Below, piece after piece: positions 46,496-57,129 of a DNA stretch of 64,000 nt. The stretch is from positions 37,885 to 101,884 of the IMG/VR virus record IMGVR_UViG_3300040801_005040; one strand, 5' to 3'. The DNA is from a virus. The notes beneath the pieces were generated by a model. The model had not been told where the DNA came from, did no database searches, and saw nothing but the letters and a program-made list of their open reading frames with translations. The position numbers and the translations under genes are program-made. Numbering within the stretch: the stretch's first letter is position 1; the number at the start of each line of letters is the position of its first letter.

Positions 46496-49181
46496 CAATC
46501 AGATTTATGATGTTAGAGGGGATGATTATGAAACTATTAAAATGCGCGTTGATGATTCCAAATTGGCAAAGCTTTATGGAATGCTCAGTAACATTTATAG
46601 GAATCCCATCGGCTCTATTGTTAGGGAATATGCTTCTAATGCACATGATGCAAACGTAGAAGCAGATAATTTTAAAAATCTCTCCTGGGAAGAATTATGT
46701 AAAATTTATCCCTGGATAAATGATGCTAACAGTAAGCTTAAACTGACAGAACAAGAATATCTTGAACTTAAGGCTAAGCTAAGTAAAGCAGGTACAGATG
46801 AACCTATAGTAGTGTCTGTTGACAGGAATAAAATGGAGTTTTATGTCAAAGATTATGGTATTGGACTCAGTCCTTCACGCATGCATCATGTATTCTTTAC
46901 TTATTTGTCTTCCACAAAAGAGGATACAGATGGTGAAATTGGTGGTTTTGGCATAGGTGCAAAAAGTGCACTTGCTTATACAAATACCTTTTTCATTGAT
47001 ACTGTTTACAATGGAGTGGAATATAATTACATGATGACTAAGAATGCCGAGGGAATGCCTGAAGGTAAACTTATGCTGTCAAAGGAGAGTAATGACCATA
47101 ATGGAACAATGATTCGCATTCCAATTAAGGAATGGTCTGACATAAAAACATTTGATAAGGAAATAGAGAGAATGCTTCTTTATATGCCTAATGTTTTTTA
47201 TGCTGGAGAAGAACAGTATTGTACTATAAATAAAGATAAACTTTACAAAGGCAAAGGTTGGATTTTAAATTCTTCCCAAAGGTATGATCAAATGCATATA
47301 GTGCTTGATAACATTCCTTATACTATAGATTGGGGAGAACTTGATATAAAAGCTGTTAAAGTACCTCTTGGTCTTACTTTTTCCACTGGTGAAGTTGTAC
47401 CTACTCCTTCAAGGGAATCTCTTCTTTATACTAAGAATACTAAGGATAAAATCATTGAGAGGATAGGTAACATACAGGATTATTACTACCAGAAGAAAGT
47501 TGAAGAAAGCAAACCTACGAATGATTTAATGGTGGCATGGAAAGCTTTAAATGGCTCTTCTAATAAAGTTAATCTTTTTAATGGAGATGATGAAGCTTTT
47601 TATATTGATTTACAAGATCTTTTAAAAGATGCTGTAGGACCAATTACATCTACTGTTAATTCAATTCCAAAAGCAGCTGTTTATGCTCCTTTAGTTACCT
47701 CATCTCTTTCTTTAAAAAAACTTTATAATTTAAGCGAATCTTCTTTCTTTGCTTACGGTGAAATAGAGTTGGGTCGTAATGCAACTGGGAAACTAAAAGT
47801 TTATTCTGAAGACAATTATTATTCTGGAGATGTATCTTATAGAAAGGTTATTAATGACTTAGATGCTGGTACTGCTGTAGTTACTACAAAGCTAAAAGTA
47901 AATCAACTTGAGGTTCATTATTTTCTTGAGAAGAAGTTTGATTATGGTAAAATTCAAAATCTTATCAGAAGTGGAAATTGGATCTCAAACCTTAAAATAT
48001 ATCGTTTAAGGAATATGAATCATAGCACTTATGAAAGAGTATTTCAACTTAAGCAATTTGAAAAAAGTCAATGGGATCCAACTATAGAAGGAATCAAAGC
48101 AGTTGATAATTTTATTAAAGACCATGCTCATAATTTAGATGTACTTGTTGACCCTAATTATAACAGACTTTATCGTGCTGGTAAGTGTAAATTTAAACCT
48201 AAAGCTACAAGTTTAATTCCAGATGGAGTTTATAGCACTAAGATTTATTACAAAGGTATTGAGGCATCAGGATCAACAGTAAAACAAATTCCAGCAGGTA
48301 ATCTTAAGAGTTTAGATTCAAGAGGTTTGCCTAACCCCATAGTAATATATGGAGACAATACTCAGATACAGAATTTAAAGCTCATAAGGGATTTAATTGT
48401 TGCTTATACCGATTCTAAACCAAGAAGTCAAAGTAAGAAAAAGGCCAAATACAGGAATCTTAGTCAAGCGTGTGAATTTGTAATAATTTATAAAAAGGAT
48501 GTAAGTAAAATAAAACAATTTCAAATGGATAATTGGTATCACGTAGAAGATGTGAATTCTGGTAAGTTTAAACCTTTACAAAGAGTTGCAACTGCTAATT
48601 ATATGCGGAAAACCATGTTAAGGTATAATCTTAACTTAAATGATGCTATAGGATTATCTTTAGATCTTCAAAATGATTTAGCTGTAATAAATAAGTATAT
48701 TGATACTAATGTTGAGCGTTATAAGAATGTTATTTCTTATAATAATCAAGATGCTGATTTACTTGAATTTATAACAGAATCTCATATTAAAAATGATGCT
48801 CTTGACTGGTTAATGATGGAAAGGTTTTTACGTATTAAAAAACTTTTCTCAAGAAGTATTGCTCTTAATGTTCATTTGGGTTATCATCTTGAACCACATG
48901 GGTCTGCTGGAATGTCTCATACTTTAATGAGAAAGTATCATATAGCACAGAATTTAATTAGAGAAGGGGTTCCTGTTGACATAATCTTTCATGATAGTTT
49001 CAGAGACTATGTTCTTTCTCAATATGTGCTTAATGATTCAGTATCTTATAGATATGTTATGTATTCTGTACATGAATCTTCTGCAGTTACTTGTTTGTAT
49101 GAGGATTTTTATGGTCAGGATGAATATTTAAAACAAATACCAGATGAGACAGATAAAGGGGGATTTGCTAAAGCTGTTTAA
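46482..49181 (+). CDS. rIIA: rIIA-like protein (GHKL ATPase N-terminus)
   Basis: IYRNPIGSIVREYASNAHDA, VKDYGIGLS, SSTK....IGGFGIGAKS. Confidence 0.85.
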   Translation: MKTVNNQIYDVRGDDYETIKMRVDDSKLAKLYGMLSNIYRNPIGSIVREYASNAHDANVEADNFKNLSWEELCKIYPWINDANSKLKLTEQEYLELKAKLSKAGTDEPIVVSVDRNKMEFYVKDYGIGLSPSRMHHVFFTYLSSTKEDTDGEIGGFGIGAKSALAYTNTFFIDTVYNGVEYNYMMTKNAEGMPEGKLMLSKESNDHNGTMIRIPIKEWSDIKTFDKEIERMLLYMPNVFYAGEEQYCTINKDKLYKGKGWILNSSQRYDQMHIVLDNIPYTIDWGELDIKAVKVPLGLTFSTGEVVPTPSRESLLYTKNTKDKIIERIGNIQDYYYQKKVEESKPTNDLMVAWKALNGSSNKVNLFNGDDEAFYIDLQDLLKDAVGPITSTVNSIPKAAVYAPLVTSSLSLKKLYNLSESSFFAYGEIELGRNATGKLKVYSEDNYYSGDVSYRKVINDLDAGTAVVTTKLKVNQLEVHYFLEKKFDYGKIQNLIRSGNWISNLKIYRLRNMNHSTYERVFQLKQFEKSQWDPTIEGIKAVDNFIKDHAHNLDVLVDPNYNRLYRAGKCKFKPKATSLIPDGVYSTKIYYKGIEASGSTVKQIPAGNLKSLDSRGLPNPIVIYGDNTQIQNLKLIRDLIVAYTDSKPRSQSKKKAKYRNLSQACEFVIIYKKDVSKIKQFQMDNWYHVEDVNSGKFKPLQRVATANYMRKTMLRYNLNLNDAIGLSLDLQNDLAVINKYIDTNVERYKNVISYNNQDADLLEFITESHIKNDALDWLMMERFLRIKKLFSRSIALNVHLGYHLEPHGSAGMSHTLMRKYHIAQNLIREGVPVDIIFHDSFRDYVLSQYVLNDSVSYRYVMYSVHESSAVTCLYEDFYGQDEYLKQIPDETDKGGFAKAV

Positions 49182-49617
49182 GGAAGGAGAGTTTGATGTA
49201 ATTATTCATGGTTGTAATTGTTTTAACGTTATGGGGGCAGGGATAGCAAAACAAATTGCAGAAAAATATCCTAAAGCTTCGCTTGCAGATAAGGAAACTT
49301 TGATGGGAGATGCTAAAAAACTTTCAAATTGGAGTACTTATATCTTGCCTAATAACCAGATAATCATTAACTTATATACTCAATACCTACCCGGAAAAAA
49401 CCTTAATGAGTGGGCTCTTTTTCTTGGCTTTGAAAAATTACTGAATTATCTATTGCCTATTGGTAAAAGAATTGGGATACCTGCAATTGGGTGTGGCATA
49501 GCTGGAGGAGATTGGAATAAAATATTTCCTGTCCTTACAGAAATTGCTAAAAAAGCAGGTCATGATCTTATTACGTATGTTGAATATGAAAAATTAAACA
49601 AAAATGGAACTGATTAA
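49144..49617 (+). CDS. Macro domain protein (Poa1p/DarG-like ADP-ribose hydrolase)
   Basis: KGDLL, IIHGCNCFNVMGAGIA, INLYTQ, PAIGCGIAGGDW. Confidence 0.88.
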   Translation: MRQIKGDLLKLFKEGEFDVIIHGCNCFNVMGAGIAKQIAEKYPKASLADKETLMGDAKKLSNWSTYILPNNQIIINLYTQYLPGKNLNEWALFLGFEKLLNYLLPIGKRIGIPAIGCGIAGGDWNKIFPVLTEIAKKAGHDLITYVEYEKLNKNGTD

Positions 49618-50899
49618 ATTAACTAAAGTGGATGACAATGTCATTCTGGTGATGGATGATCAAATTTATCACAGAAGAATTTCTTCCTCGGAAGATAATC
49701 TTTTTGATGAAATTCAGGAAGGTGTTGATGAGCTTAAAAGTGGAGCACTTGAAGCTGATGAATATGCTGAAGTCAAAAAAGCGCTTCGTATATTGATGAA
49801 CACCAGACCTATTCCTGAATTTAAAGAGCTAAAAGAAAGGGAGGAAAGAATTAGCAAAGAAACTTTTGATTTGGCTAATGGAGAGTTAGACATGGAAGAA
49901 AGGCTTGAAAAAGCTGAAAGAATTGCCTCTGTAAATGATAACCTTGAACATGATCTTCAGGGTTACGTATATCTTAAAGGACATTCTGTTCCCATGCCAG
50001 CTGATTTGGTTGAAGCATTTCAAGATGCAACATATAATGATTCAAGCCTTTATACTGTTGAAGCTCTTGAAAACTTTTGGAAATGGGCAGTTCTTAATCC
50101 AAACCCTGAAGCAAGGAATGACCTTTTCAAATGGTTTAAAAAAGGTGAGTTTACAATTACCAGTGAAGGTATGGTAGTAGCATATCGTCGTGTTGATGTA
50201 AAACATCAAGGTAATGGTGAATCTAAACTTTGGGAATTTGTAAAAAGCTCCTGGGATAAAGTTAAAGCCTGGAAGAAAAGCCCTGCGAGATATAATGTAT
50301 ATCAAACAGAAAATGGATATTTAACTTTACCGGAAAGCTCACCTGTCAGCAATGATTATATTTTTATGGGCAATCTTGATGACCTTTATGATGATATGTC
50401 TGACCAAACTTTTGGAGAAACTATCTATACTGATAATTATACCAAAACCATGTCGATTAAGCTTGGTGAAGAAGTTAGCATGGCAAGGGAAGATTGTGAC
50501 TCTAACAGGGATGCTTCTTGTAGCAGGGGGCTGCATTTCATGAATAAACGTTATTCAGGAAACTTTGGATCTGTTCCTATTGTCATTCTTATTAATCCAA
50601 TGAACATAGTGGCATTCCCAAGGTATGATAATACTAAAGGAAGGACTTGTAGATATCTTCCTGTAGCTCTTGCAGATACAGATGAAAATAACAGGATTCT
50701 TCCTTTTAACGAAGGGGCTTGCGAGTTTACTTATGCAGGTCTTGAGAAAGATAGGATTGCTAATCTTGCTTTTGAAAAAGGATTTGATGGTCTTGTCAAA
50801 GCAGGCTTGATTTCAGGTGAAGTTACAATCAAGGATTTCAATTTTGTCAGGGATGTGGCAAAGAAATCCATTGAAGGTAAATTAACCAATGTGGAATAG
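49604..50899 (+). CDS. rIIB: rIIB-like protein
   Basis: LENFW....NP, FTITSEG.VVAY, V.M.RE.CD......CSRGLH, INPMNIV..P....KGR.CRY. Confidence 0.85.
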   Translation: MELIKLTKVDDNVILVMDDQIYHRRISSSEDNLFDEIQEGVDELKSGALEADEYAEVKKALRILMNTRPIPEFKELKEREERISKETFDLANGELDMEERLEKAERIASVNDNLEHDLQGYVYLKGHSVPMPADLVEAFQDATYNDSSLYTVEALENFWKWAVLNPNPEARNDLFKWFKKGEFTITSEGMVVAYRRVDVKHQGNGESKLWEFVKSSWDKVKAWKKSPARYNVYQTENGYLTLPESSPVSNDYIFMGNLDDLYDDMSDQTFGETIYTDNYTKTMSIKLGEEVSMAREDCDSNRDASCSRGLHFMNKRYSGNFGSVPIVILINPMNIVAFPRYDNTKGRTCRYLPVALADTDENNRILPFNEGACEFTYAGLEKDRIANLAFEKGFDGLVKAGLISGEVTIKDFNFVRDVAKKSIEGKLTNVE

Positions 50900-51584
50900 T
50901 ATAGTAGGTGAAGGCTGGGCTCAGAGATTATCTCCAGTTCTTAATTCTGAAGGGATGAATAACCTGATGAATTTTGTAGTTTCTGAGTACCAGTCTTCGC
51001 TTATTTATCCAAAGCAGGAAAATGTTTTCAGGGCATTTAGACTGTGTCCTCCAGAAAAGTTAAAGGTAATTATATTAGGACAGGATCCTTATCATGATGG
51101 CAGTGCTACTGGGTTAGCATTTGCGAATAGACATGATGTTGCTCAATTTTCACCAAGCCTTCATTCCATATGGAGAGAGGTGGAAAGGCAATATGGAGGT
51201 ATGATTCTTGATTTTGATCCTACACTTGAAGAATGGGCTCACCAGGGAGTATTGCTATTAAATACAGCGCTTACTGTAAAGAAATACTCTCCTACGAGCC
51301 ATTCTGAAAAGTGGCATCCTTTTACAAAAGAGGTGCTTAAGCTCATAAATGAACAATTTAATGGCTTGCATTTCTGTTTCTGGGGTTCCCATGCTAAAAG
51401 CTTTTCCAACTTAATTTCTGATAACAGACATTTTAAATATTACGCTGCTCATCCCGCAGCACATGTTTATAGGAAAGATAATAGTAGTTGGTCCTGCAAT
51501 CACTTTGAAGAAATCAATAAAAAATTAACTGAACAAAACGGTGAAGATGAAATTATTGAGTGGCAAAACTATAATCTTAAATAA
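50889..51584 (+). CDS. ung: Uracil-DNA glycosylase (family 1)
   Basis: VIILGQDPYH, ATGLAF, SPSL, WAHQGVLLLNTALTV, FWG..A, HP. Confidence 0.93.
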   Translation: MWNSIVGEGWAQRLSPVLNSEGMNNLMNFVVSEYQSSLIYPKQENVFRAFRLCPPEKLKVIILGQDPYHDGSATGLAFANRHDVAQFSPSLHSIWREVERQYGGMILDFDPTLEEWAHQGVLLLNTALTVKKYSPTSHSEKWHPFTKEVLKLINEQFNGLHFCFWGSHAKSFSNLISDNRHFKYYAAHPAAHVYRKDNSSWSCNHFEEINKKLTEQNGEDEIIEWQNYNLK

Positions 51585-52053
51585 ATTCCCAACACATGTA
51601 GCAAGAACCAGAAATAAGAAAGCCCCTAATAAATATATGAAGGTTACAAACCAAAGTGTATATAATGGAGCAATGAACAGGTTTACAAGAAACAATGTCA
51701 TTACCAATATGCACGAATACATCATTGAAAACATTCCAAAGAACTTTGGTAAGTTTAAAGGTCCTGTTAAACCAGTATTTCATATCTATACTGTTAGAAA
51801 TCATGGTACAGTTAAGCGAAAAAAAGATACTGGAGAACATATATGGAAACCTGTAGCAGATGATTATCAAGCAAACTGGGATGATGATAACCTTGCTTTT
51901 CTTTGGATAAAAACAATCAAGGATACGCTTTCTAAAGTTGGTGCGTGGCCTGACGATAATGTTGATTATTGCAGAGGGGCAGACTGGGATATCATTTTTG
52001 TAGACACTTTAGAAGAAAGAAAAATAGTAATCAATTTCATACCCCTTGACTAA
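51547..52053 (+). CDS. RusA-like Holliday junction resolvase
   Basis: WDDDNL...IKDTL..G.WPDDN acidic motif. Confidence 0.6.
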   Translation: MKLLSGKTIILNKFPTHVARTRNKKAPNKYMKVTNQSVYNGAMNRFTRNNVITNMHEYIIENIPKNFGKFKGPVKPVFHIYTVRNHGTVKRKKDTGEHIWKPVADDYQANWDDDNLAFLWIKTIKDTLSKVGAWPDDNVDYCRGADWDIIFVDTLEERKIVINFIPLD

Positions 52054-52355
52054 TGGTAGCTGAGAATATTATTGAATTGAGGAACCTTGTATATGAGGTT
52101 TTTGAAGTAACTGACTACAACTTATATTTCAAAGCATTTGATGCTGAGAAATATTATGAGTGTACTATTATGGCTGAAACATATATGGAAAAAGCGAGAG
52201 ATGCTTTCTTTGCAACTCTTCAAAAAGAAGTATGTGATATTGAAAAGGCCATAGAATTTCATTCTGCGTTTAAAGTATTCCAAATGTCATTGGAGTATGC
52301 AGCTAAAAAGTATGAAATAACAAGAAAATCTGAGATTGATGAAGACATTATCTGA
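52053..52355 (+). CDS. Hypothetical protein
   Basis: TAATG coupling. Confidence 0.6.
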   Translation: MVAENIIELRNLVYEVFEVTDYNLYFKAFDAEKYYECTIMAETYMEKARDAFFATLQKEVCDIEKAIEFHSAFKVFQMSLEYAAKKYEITRKSEIDEDII

Positions 52356-53376
52356 TTTAAGTTTAAGAATTACAGAAGAAGAATATAGAGAAATAGGAGA
52401 TGTTTCATATTCCCTTCTTTCTTCAATAGACAGGCTTGGGGCTGAGGTTAAAACAGAAGATTTTCAAGGAAATAAGGGTACTCAAATGGGAACTCTTATT
52501 GAAGAACTGGTAATTGGTGGCTATGATGCAACCAAGTATTATATTGGGGATGCTGTTGATATAGGAGATACCTTAATAACCATAATCAATGAAATATTTC
52601 AACCTGAGTATGAGATTGAATTGAATGAAGAATGGCTTGAAGGTTTTGTTTTACAGGCTCTTATAGACATGCCTCATTTGCAGTATTATAATAATTGGAA
52701 AAATGAAACAAGGGCTAAAAGCATAGTTAAGAATGGCTTTCCTTACATTAAATCTCTTGTTGAGTCCAGAGGTAAAATTTCATTTACCAATGCTGAGTTT
52801 GATACTTGTGTTCAATGTGCAGTTACTTTGAAAAGTCATGCTTTTACTGGAAAAATCTTTAAGAAGAGGGAAAATGTAGATACGTTTGCTCAATTTAAAG
52901 GGACATTCAATATTCATGACATTACTGTAAGGTTTATGGTGGATTTTCTTGAAGTAGATCATAATACTAAAACTGTAACTCCTTATGATATTAAGACTGG
53001 GAATAAAAAGCCTGAAAACTTTCAAAAAAGCTATCATTATTGGAGATATGATATCCAGGATTACATTTATACTAAAGGTGTAACGAAAGTACTTTTCGAT
53101 GAGTTTCCTCATTATACTTATAATCCTGTTCATTTTATTTATATCAATACTGTTGGTACTCCCAGACCTTTGATTTATAAGGGTCTTGGAACAAATGCAT
53201 TAGTTTGGACTGGTTATAAGTATGATGGGTGGAAATATAAAGGTATAAGTGAACTTATAGATGAGTATGTTTGGTACAAAAAACATAACTTTGAAATAGA
53301 CTTCCCTGAAAAGATATACAATAGTGAAGGAAAGCTTAATATAGAATCTTTTGATTTTCAACCATTAACGTCATGA
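52339..53376 (+). CDS. PD-(D/E)XK family exonuclease
   Basis: SYSLLS, FMVDFL..DH..PYDIKTG, YDIQ..IY. Confidence 0.8.
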   Translation: MKTLSDLSLRITEEEYREIGDVSYSLLSSIDRLGAEVKTEDFQGNKGTQMGTLIEELVIGGYDATKYYIGDAVDIGDTLITIINEIFQPEYEIELNEEWLEGFVLQALIDMPHLQYYNNWKNETRAKSIVKNGFPYIKSLVESRGKISFTNAEFDTCVQCAVTLKSHAFTGKIFKKRENVDTFAQFKGTFNIHDITVRFMVDFLEVDHNTKTVTPYDIKTGNKKPENFQKSYHYWRYDIQDYIYTKGVTKVLFDEFPHYTYNPVHFIYINTVGTPRPLIYKGLGTNALVWTGYKYDGWKYKGISELIDEYVWYKKHNFEIDFPEKIYNSEGKLNIESFDFQPLTS

Positions 53377-53969
53377 AAGCAACACTTGAAATAAGAAGAA
53401 ACAAAAGCATTACTTATTTGCTTCCAATATTCACTCGATTTGTACCAGTGTCTTATTTCAGGTTACTTGAGAATACGTATTTGTGGTTTGATGATTATAC
53501 TGAAGAAACTTTTTGCTTACTGTATAAATTTGATGGAAAAGTGCGTGGCACAATGGCATCAAGAGAAGGTTTTACCGTTTATGAAGAGAGGGTATTACAG
53601 AGAAACAAATATTATCAGGGAAGCGATGATTATGATAAATATGTTATCTTTAAATTTCTTCTACCTGAAGAAATGTTCCAAGTGAGAAACCTTTTTCTTG
53701 AAGGTAAATACAGCAAGTATTCAGATGAACATAAAGCAGCAATACTTGACCATATTCTGAGGTTTTATGGGCCAGCCGAAAAAGTATTTATAGAGAGGAT
53801 ATTTCAGAGGGACCCCGAGCTTAGACAGCAGTTGCTTGAAAAGCTTGGACCCTCTACGTATCTTCCTCCAGATGCTGAGGTAAGTTCTGCTCCTTATATT
53901 GAAGATGAATTATTTGCAAATGCAGTAAAATTTAAAGAAGAAATAAATGAACCTAAAAGAGTATTCTAA
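53373..53969 (+). CDS. Hypothetical protein (FLEGKYSK motif)
   Basis: ATGA coupling; conserved-looking motif. Confidence 0.65.
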   Translation: MKATLEIRRNKSITYLLPIFTRFVPVSYFRLLENTYLWFDDYTEETFCLLYKFDGKVRGTMASREGFTVYEERVLQRNKYYQGSDDYDKYVIFKFLLPEEMFQVRNLFLEGKYSKYSDEHKAAILDHILRFYGPAEKVFIERIFQRDPELRQQLLEKLGPSTYLPPDAEVSSAPYIEDELFANAVKFKEEINEPKRVF

Positions 53970-54309
53970 ATTAGCCAGTAGGACTGATGCCCCCATATCC
54001 CCTACCTATGACAAGCTGCATGCTGTTCATATGGTTATGGGCATGGTTACTGAGGTAGGAGAGCTACAGGACATCTATAAAAAGAATTTAGCTTATGGTA
54101 AACCTATAGATGAAGTGAATGAAAAAGAAGAAATTGGAGACTTGATGTGGTATATTGCCAATCATTGCAGGGTTAAAGGTTGGGACTTGGGAGAAATTCT
54201 TGAAACCAACATTAAAAAACTCCAGGCAAGGTTTCCTGAAAAATTTGACCCTGCTTTTGCCATAAATAGGGATTTGGAAGCAGAAAGAAAAATATTAGAA
54301 AATGAATAA
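53947..54309 (+). CDS. MazG-like NTP pyrophosphohydrolase
   Basis: GMVTEVGEL.D..KK, EEIGDLMWY, NIKKL..RFP. Confidence 0.88.
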   Translation: MNLKEYSKLASRTDAPISPTYDKLHAVHMVMGMVTEVGELQDIYKKNLAYGKPIDEVNEKEEIGDLMWYIANHCRVKGWDLGEILETNIKKLQARFPEKFDPAFAINRDLEAERKILENE

Positions 54310-56230
54310 ACCTGTCTATGTATATGATATTGAGACTTATCCTAATGTCTTTATATTTGTATTCAGGCCAGTTCAGAAAGAAAGAAAAATAGTAATATTT
54401 GAAATAAGCTCCCGAAGGGATAACCGGAAGGAGCTTCTTTCATTTTTACAAAATGATCAAGTACAGGTAGGCTATAATAATTTGTTCTTTGATTATCCTG
54501 TTATTCACTATCTTATTAAGAATCCTAATGCAACTCTGAAACAATTATATAATGAAGTTCAACAAATAATTAATTCAGACCAAGCGAGAGTTCCTTTCTG
54601 GAAAGTTCAAATAGAACAAATTGATTTACTTAAGATCTGGCACTATGATAATGCAAACAGGATGACAAGTCTTAAATGGCTTGAATTCAGTCTTAGGTGG
54701 CATAAAGTTCAAGATTTGCCTTTCCGTCCTGGTACTATAATACCAGAAAAGGATTTTGATAAACTTATCGAATATTGTATTAATGATGTTGACTTTACTT
54801 ATTTCTTTTTAGGAAAGAGTATTGAGCCAATAAATTTCCGTTATCAAATGACAACGGATCTTTCTCATAATGTCATGAATTACAGTGATGTAAAAATTGG
54901 AGAATATATTAATCAAATAACATATTGTAAAAATAGTGGTAGGGAATTTCGTGATTTCAAAGATCAAAAAACTCATAGAGAAATATTCTACGCTAAAGAT
55001 CTTATACCAGCGTGGGTTACCTTTTCTACTGATAATCTTACTTCTTTTCTGGACAATCTTCGTGATTTACAATTTTCTCTTGATGTTGGTTTCGAGTTTA
55101 ACCCCATAATTGGTGATCTCGTAGTCAACTTTATGATGGGTGGATTGCATTCACAGGATTCTGCAAGAATATTTAAATGTAAAGAAGGATGGCGTCTTAA
55201 GGAAAGTGATGTAGGATCAATGTATCCCAAGAGTATTATTGAAGGAAACCTTTATCCTGAGCATCTTGGACCTTCCTGGAGGATGGGTATTAAGCAACTT
55301 TATGATGAGAGGGTTCATGAATTCAAACCTGCTTTAAAGAAGCTTGCTAAAGGCTCGCCAGAATGGAATGCAATAAATGCGAAGCAAGCTGCATATAAAT
55401 TGGCAATGAATGGAGGGGGTTATGGTAAAACTGGCTCTAGCTTTAGTTGGCAGTATGATCCCCTTGTGATGATAAGGACTACTTTCATGGGCCAATTAGC
55501 CTTACTTATGTTGGTAGAAAGGTTTTATCTTGCTGGTTTTGAAATAGTATCTGCCAATACGGATGGGGTTGTAGTGCACTATCCTAAAGAGAAAGAAGAC
55601 CTTGTCGAGCAAATTAAAAAGGATTGGGAGAATATCACTAAATATGAACTTGAGGATACTTATTATTCTCAAATTATATTTAGGAATGTAAATCATTATT
55701 TGGCTGAGATAATTGATAAAGACTCAGAAAAACCTATTTATACAAAACATAAGGGTGACTTTGAAATTGATGCTGAATATCATAAAAACAATAGTCAACG
55801 GATTGTTGCAATTGCACTTAGCGAGTATTATTTAAAGGGAGTCCCTCTTGAAGATGTAATTTGTAATCCAGGCTATGAATTTCGCAAAGGAGAAAAGACT
55901 ACTATTTATGATTACTGTATAGGTAGAAAGTCTGTAGACAAAGTAGAAAATTATACTCTTGTCACTCCTGAGGGGAACAAAGAATTTTATGATAAAGTAA
56001 TACGTTTTTACATTTCTAATTCAGGAAACAAATTTTTTAAGGTATACTCTTCTGGAAAAGTAGAGGCAGTATGTAAAGGATTTTTTGTTACTCCTTTTAT
56101 GGAGTATGAAGAAAAAGAAGACTACGATATCAATTTTCATTATTACATTAGAGAATGTACTAAAATTATTGATGAAGTAGAATTAGGTAATAGACATCAA
56201 CCAAAAGGAGAACAATTAACACTATTCTAA
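54302..56230 (+). CDS. DNA polymerase family B
   Basis: ExoI YDIETY, ExoII YNNLFFDY, ExoIII YCINDV; SDVGSMYP, KLAMNGGGYGK, ANTDG. Confidence 0.92.
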   Translation: MNKPVYVYDIETYPNVFIFVFRPVQKERKIVIFEISSRRDNRKELLSFLQNDQVQVGYNNLFFDYPVIHYLIKNPNATLKQLYNEVQQIINSDQARVPFWKVQIEQIDLLKIWHYDNANRMTSLKWLEFSLRWHKVQDLPFRPGTIIPEKDFDKLIEYCINDVDFTYFFLGKSIEPINFRYQMTTDLSHNVMNYSDVKIGEYINQITYCKNSGREFRDFKDQKTHREIFYAKDLIPAWVTFSTDNLTSFLDNLRDLQFSLDVGFEFNPIIGDLVVNFMMGGLHSQDSARIFKCKEGWRLKESDVGSMYPKSIIEGNLYPEHLGPSWRMGIKQLYDERVHEFKPALKKLAKGSPEWNAINAKQAAYKLAMNGGGYGKTGSSFSWQYDPLVMIRTTFMGQLALLMLVERFYLAGFEIVSANTDGVVVHYPKEKEDLVEQIKKDWENITKYELEDTYYSQIIFRNVNHYLAEIIDKDSEKPIYTKHKGDFEIDAEYHKNNSQRIVAIALSEYYLKGVPLEDVICNPGYEFRKGEKTTIYDYCIGRKSVDKVENYTLVTPEGNKEFYDKVIRFYISNSGNKFFKVYSSGKVEAVCKGFFVTPFMEYEEKEDYDINFHYYIRECTKIIDEVELGNRHQPKGEQLTLF

Positions 56231-56847
56231 TGCTTAACTTTAAAAATGTAATAGACCAGGAACACGAAGCTGTTGTAATGACAGTGTTTAATTCAGCAGC
56301 TTCTGTTTTTGGACTTCAGCAAACTAACAGGGCTTTCTCAAAATATAGAAATAGAAGTCGTAATCAAGTTTTTATAAGAGCTGCAGTATTTTATTTTTTG
56401 CAAAATAAATATGGCGTACCCAATAATGTTCTTGCACGTGTTTTTGGATTTAATCATAGTACTATAATACACGCTGTAGCACATTTTCAAGATTTAGTAT
56501 CAGTAGGAGATAAATTTGTTTTAGAGACGTATTATAAGCCTATGAGCAAAAAAATCTCGGGTGTAAATATGCCTCCTGAAGAACTTGAAATAAAGATGAA
56601 AGCTCTTGTTAGAAGATGGACAAAAGTTAATTTATTGTATTTACTTGAAGAATATACTACAAAAATGGAATCAAAAGTTTATAACATAGACAAGCTAATC
56701 AATGATGTAGAGACAATGGGCTATAGGATAATAAGAAATCCTGAGACTGTATTTGTGTCCTACAAAATAGAGGAAGAACAGCTACCTGAGGAAATTAAAA
56801 TTTTAAGGAATACTTATGGATTCATGGTGCAAACTGAAATTGAATGA
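56230..56847 (+). CDS. DnaA domain IV-like HTH protein
   Basis: RSRNQVFIRAAVFYFL...NNVLARVFGFNHSTIIHAV resembles DnaA_C R..A.YL...IG..F.RDH(S/T)TVIHA. Confidence 0.6.
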   Translation: MLNFKNVIDQEHEAVVMTVFNSAASVFGLQQTNRAFSKYRNRSRNQVFIRAAVFYFLQNKYGVPNNVLARVFGFNHSTIIHAVAHFQDLVSVGDKFVLETYYKPMSKKISGVNMPPEELEIKMKALVRRWTKVNLLYLLEEYTTKMESKVYNIDKLINDVETMGYRIIRNPETVFVSYKIEEEQLPEEIKILRNTYGFMVQTEIE

Positions 56848-57119
56848 ATACTCAAATTAAATTTCCTGAAAAAGTAGAGCAAAGGCTTAAGCATATAGCT
56901 ACTCAATTTGGAGAAGTATATTATAAGGACAAATTAGAAATATGTACTCTTATATATGATCCAACTAAAGATGGTGATGACATATGGAGCAATCTTGATA
57001 GATATGCTGCATATAGGATTTATTATTATGAGCCAAAGCTACTTGATGAAGAAGTATTAGGCGAGGATAAAATGTCTCAGATTAAGTTACTTTATGACTT
57101 AGCTATAGAGACTCTTTAA
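56844..57119 (+). CDS. Hypothetical protein
   Basis: ATGA coupling. Confidence 0.6.
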   Translation: MNTQIKFPEKVEQRLKHIATQFGEVYYKDKLEICTLIYDPTKDGDDIWSNLDRYAAYRIYYYEPKLLDEEVLGEDKMSQIKLLYDLAIETL

Positions 57120-57129
57120 ACTAAATCAA

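Noticed and set aside
50889-51584. Altered UDG intercalation loop (HPAAHV instead of HPSPLS) as a novel activity
   Set aside because: Catalytic D and H and the uracil pocket motifs are intact; the variation alone does not support a new function
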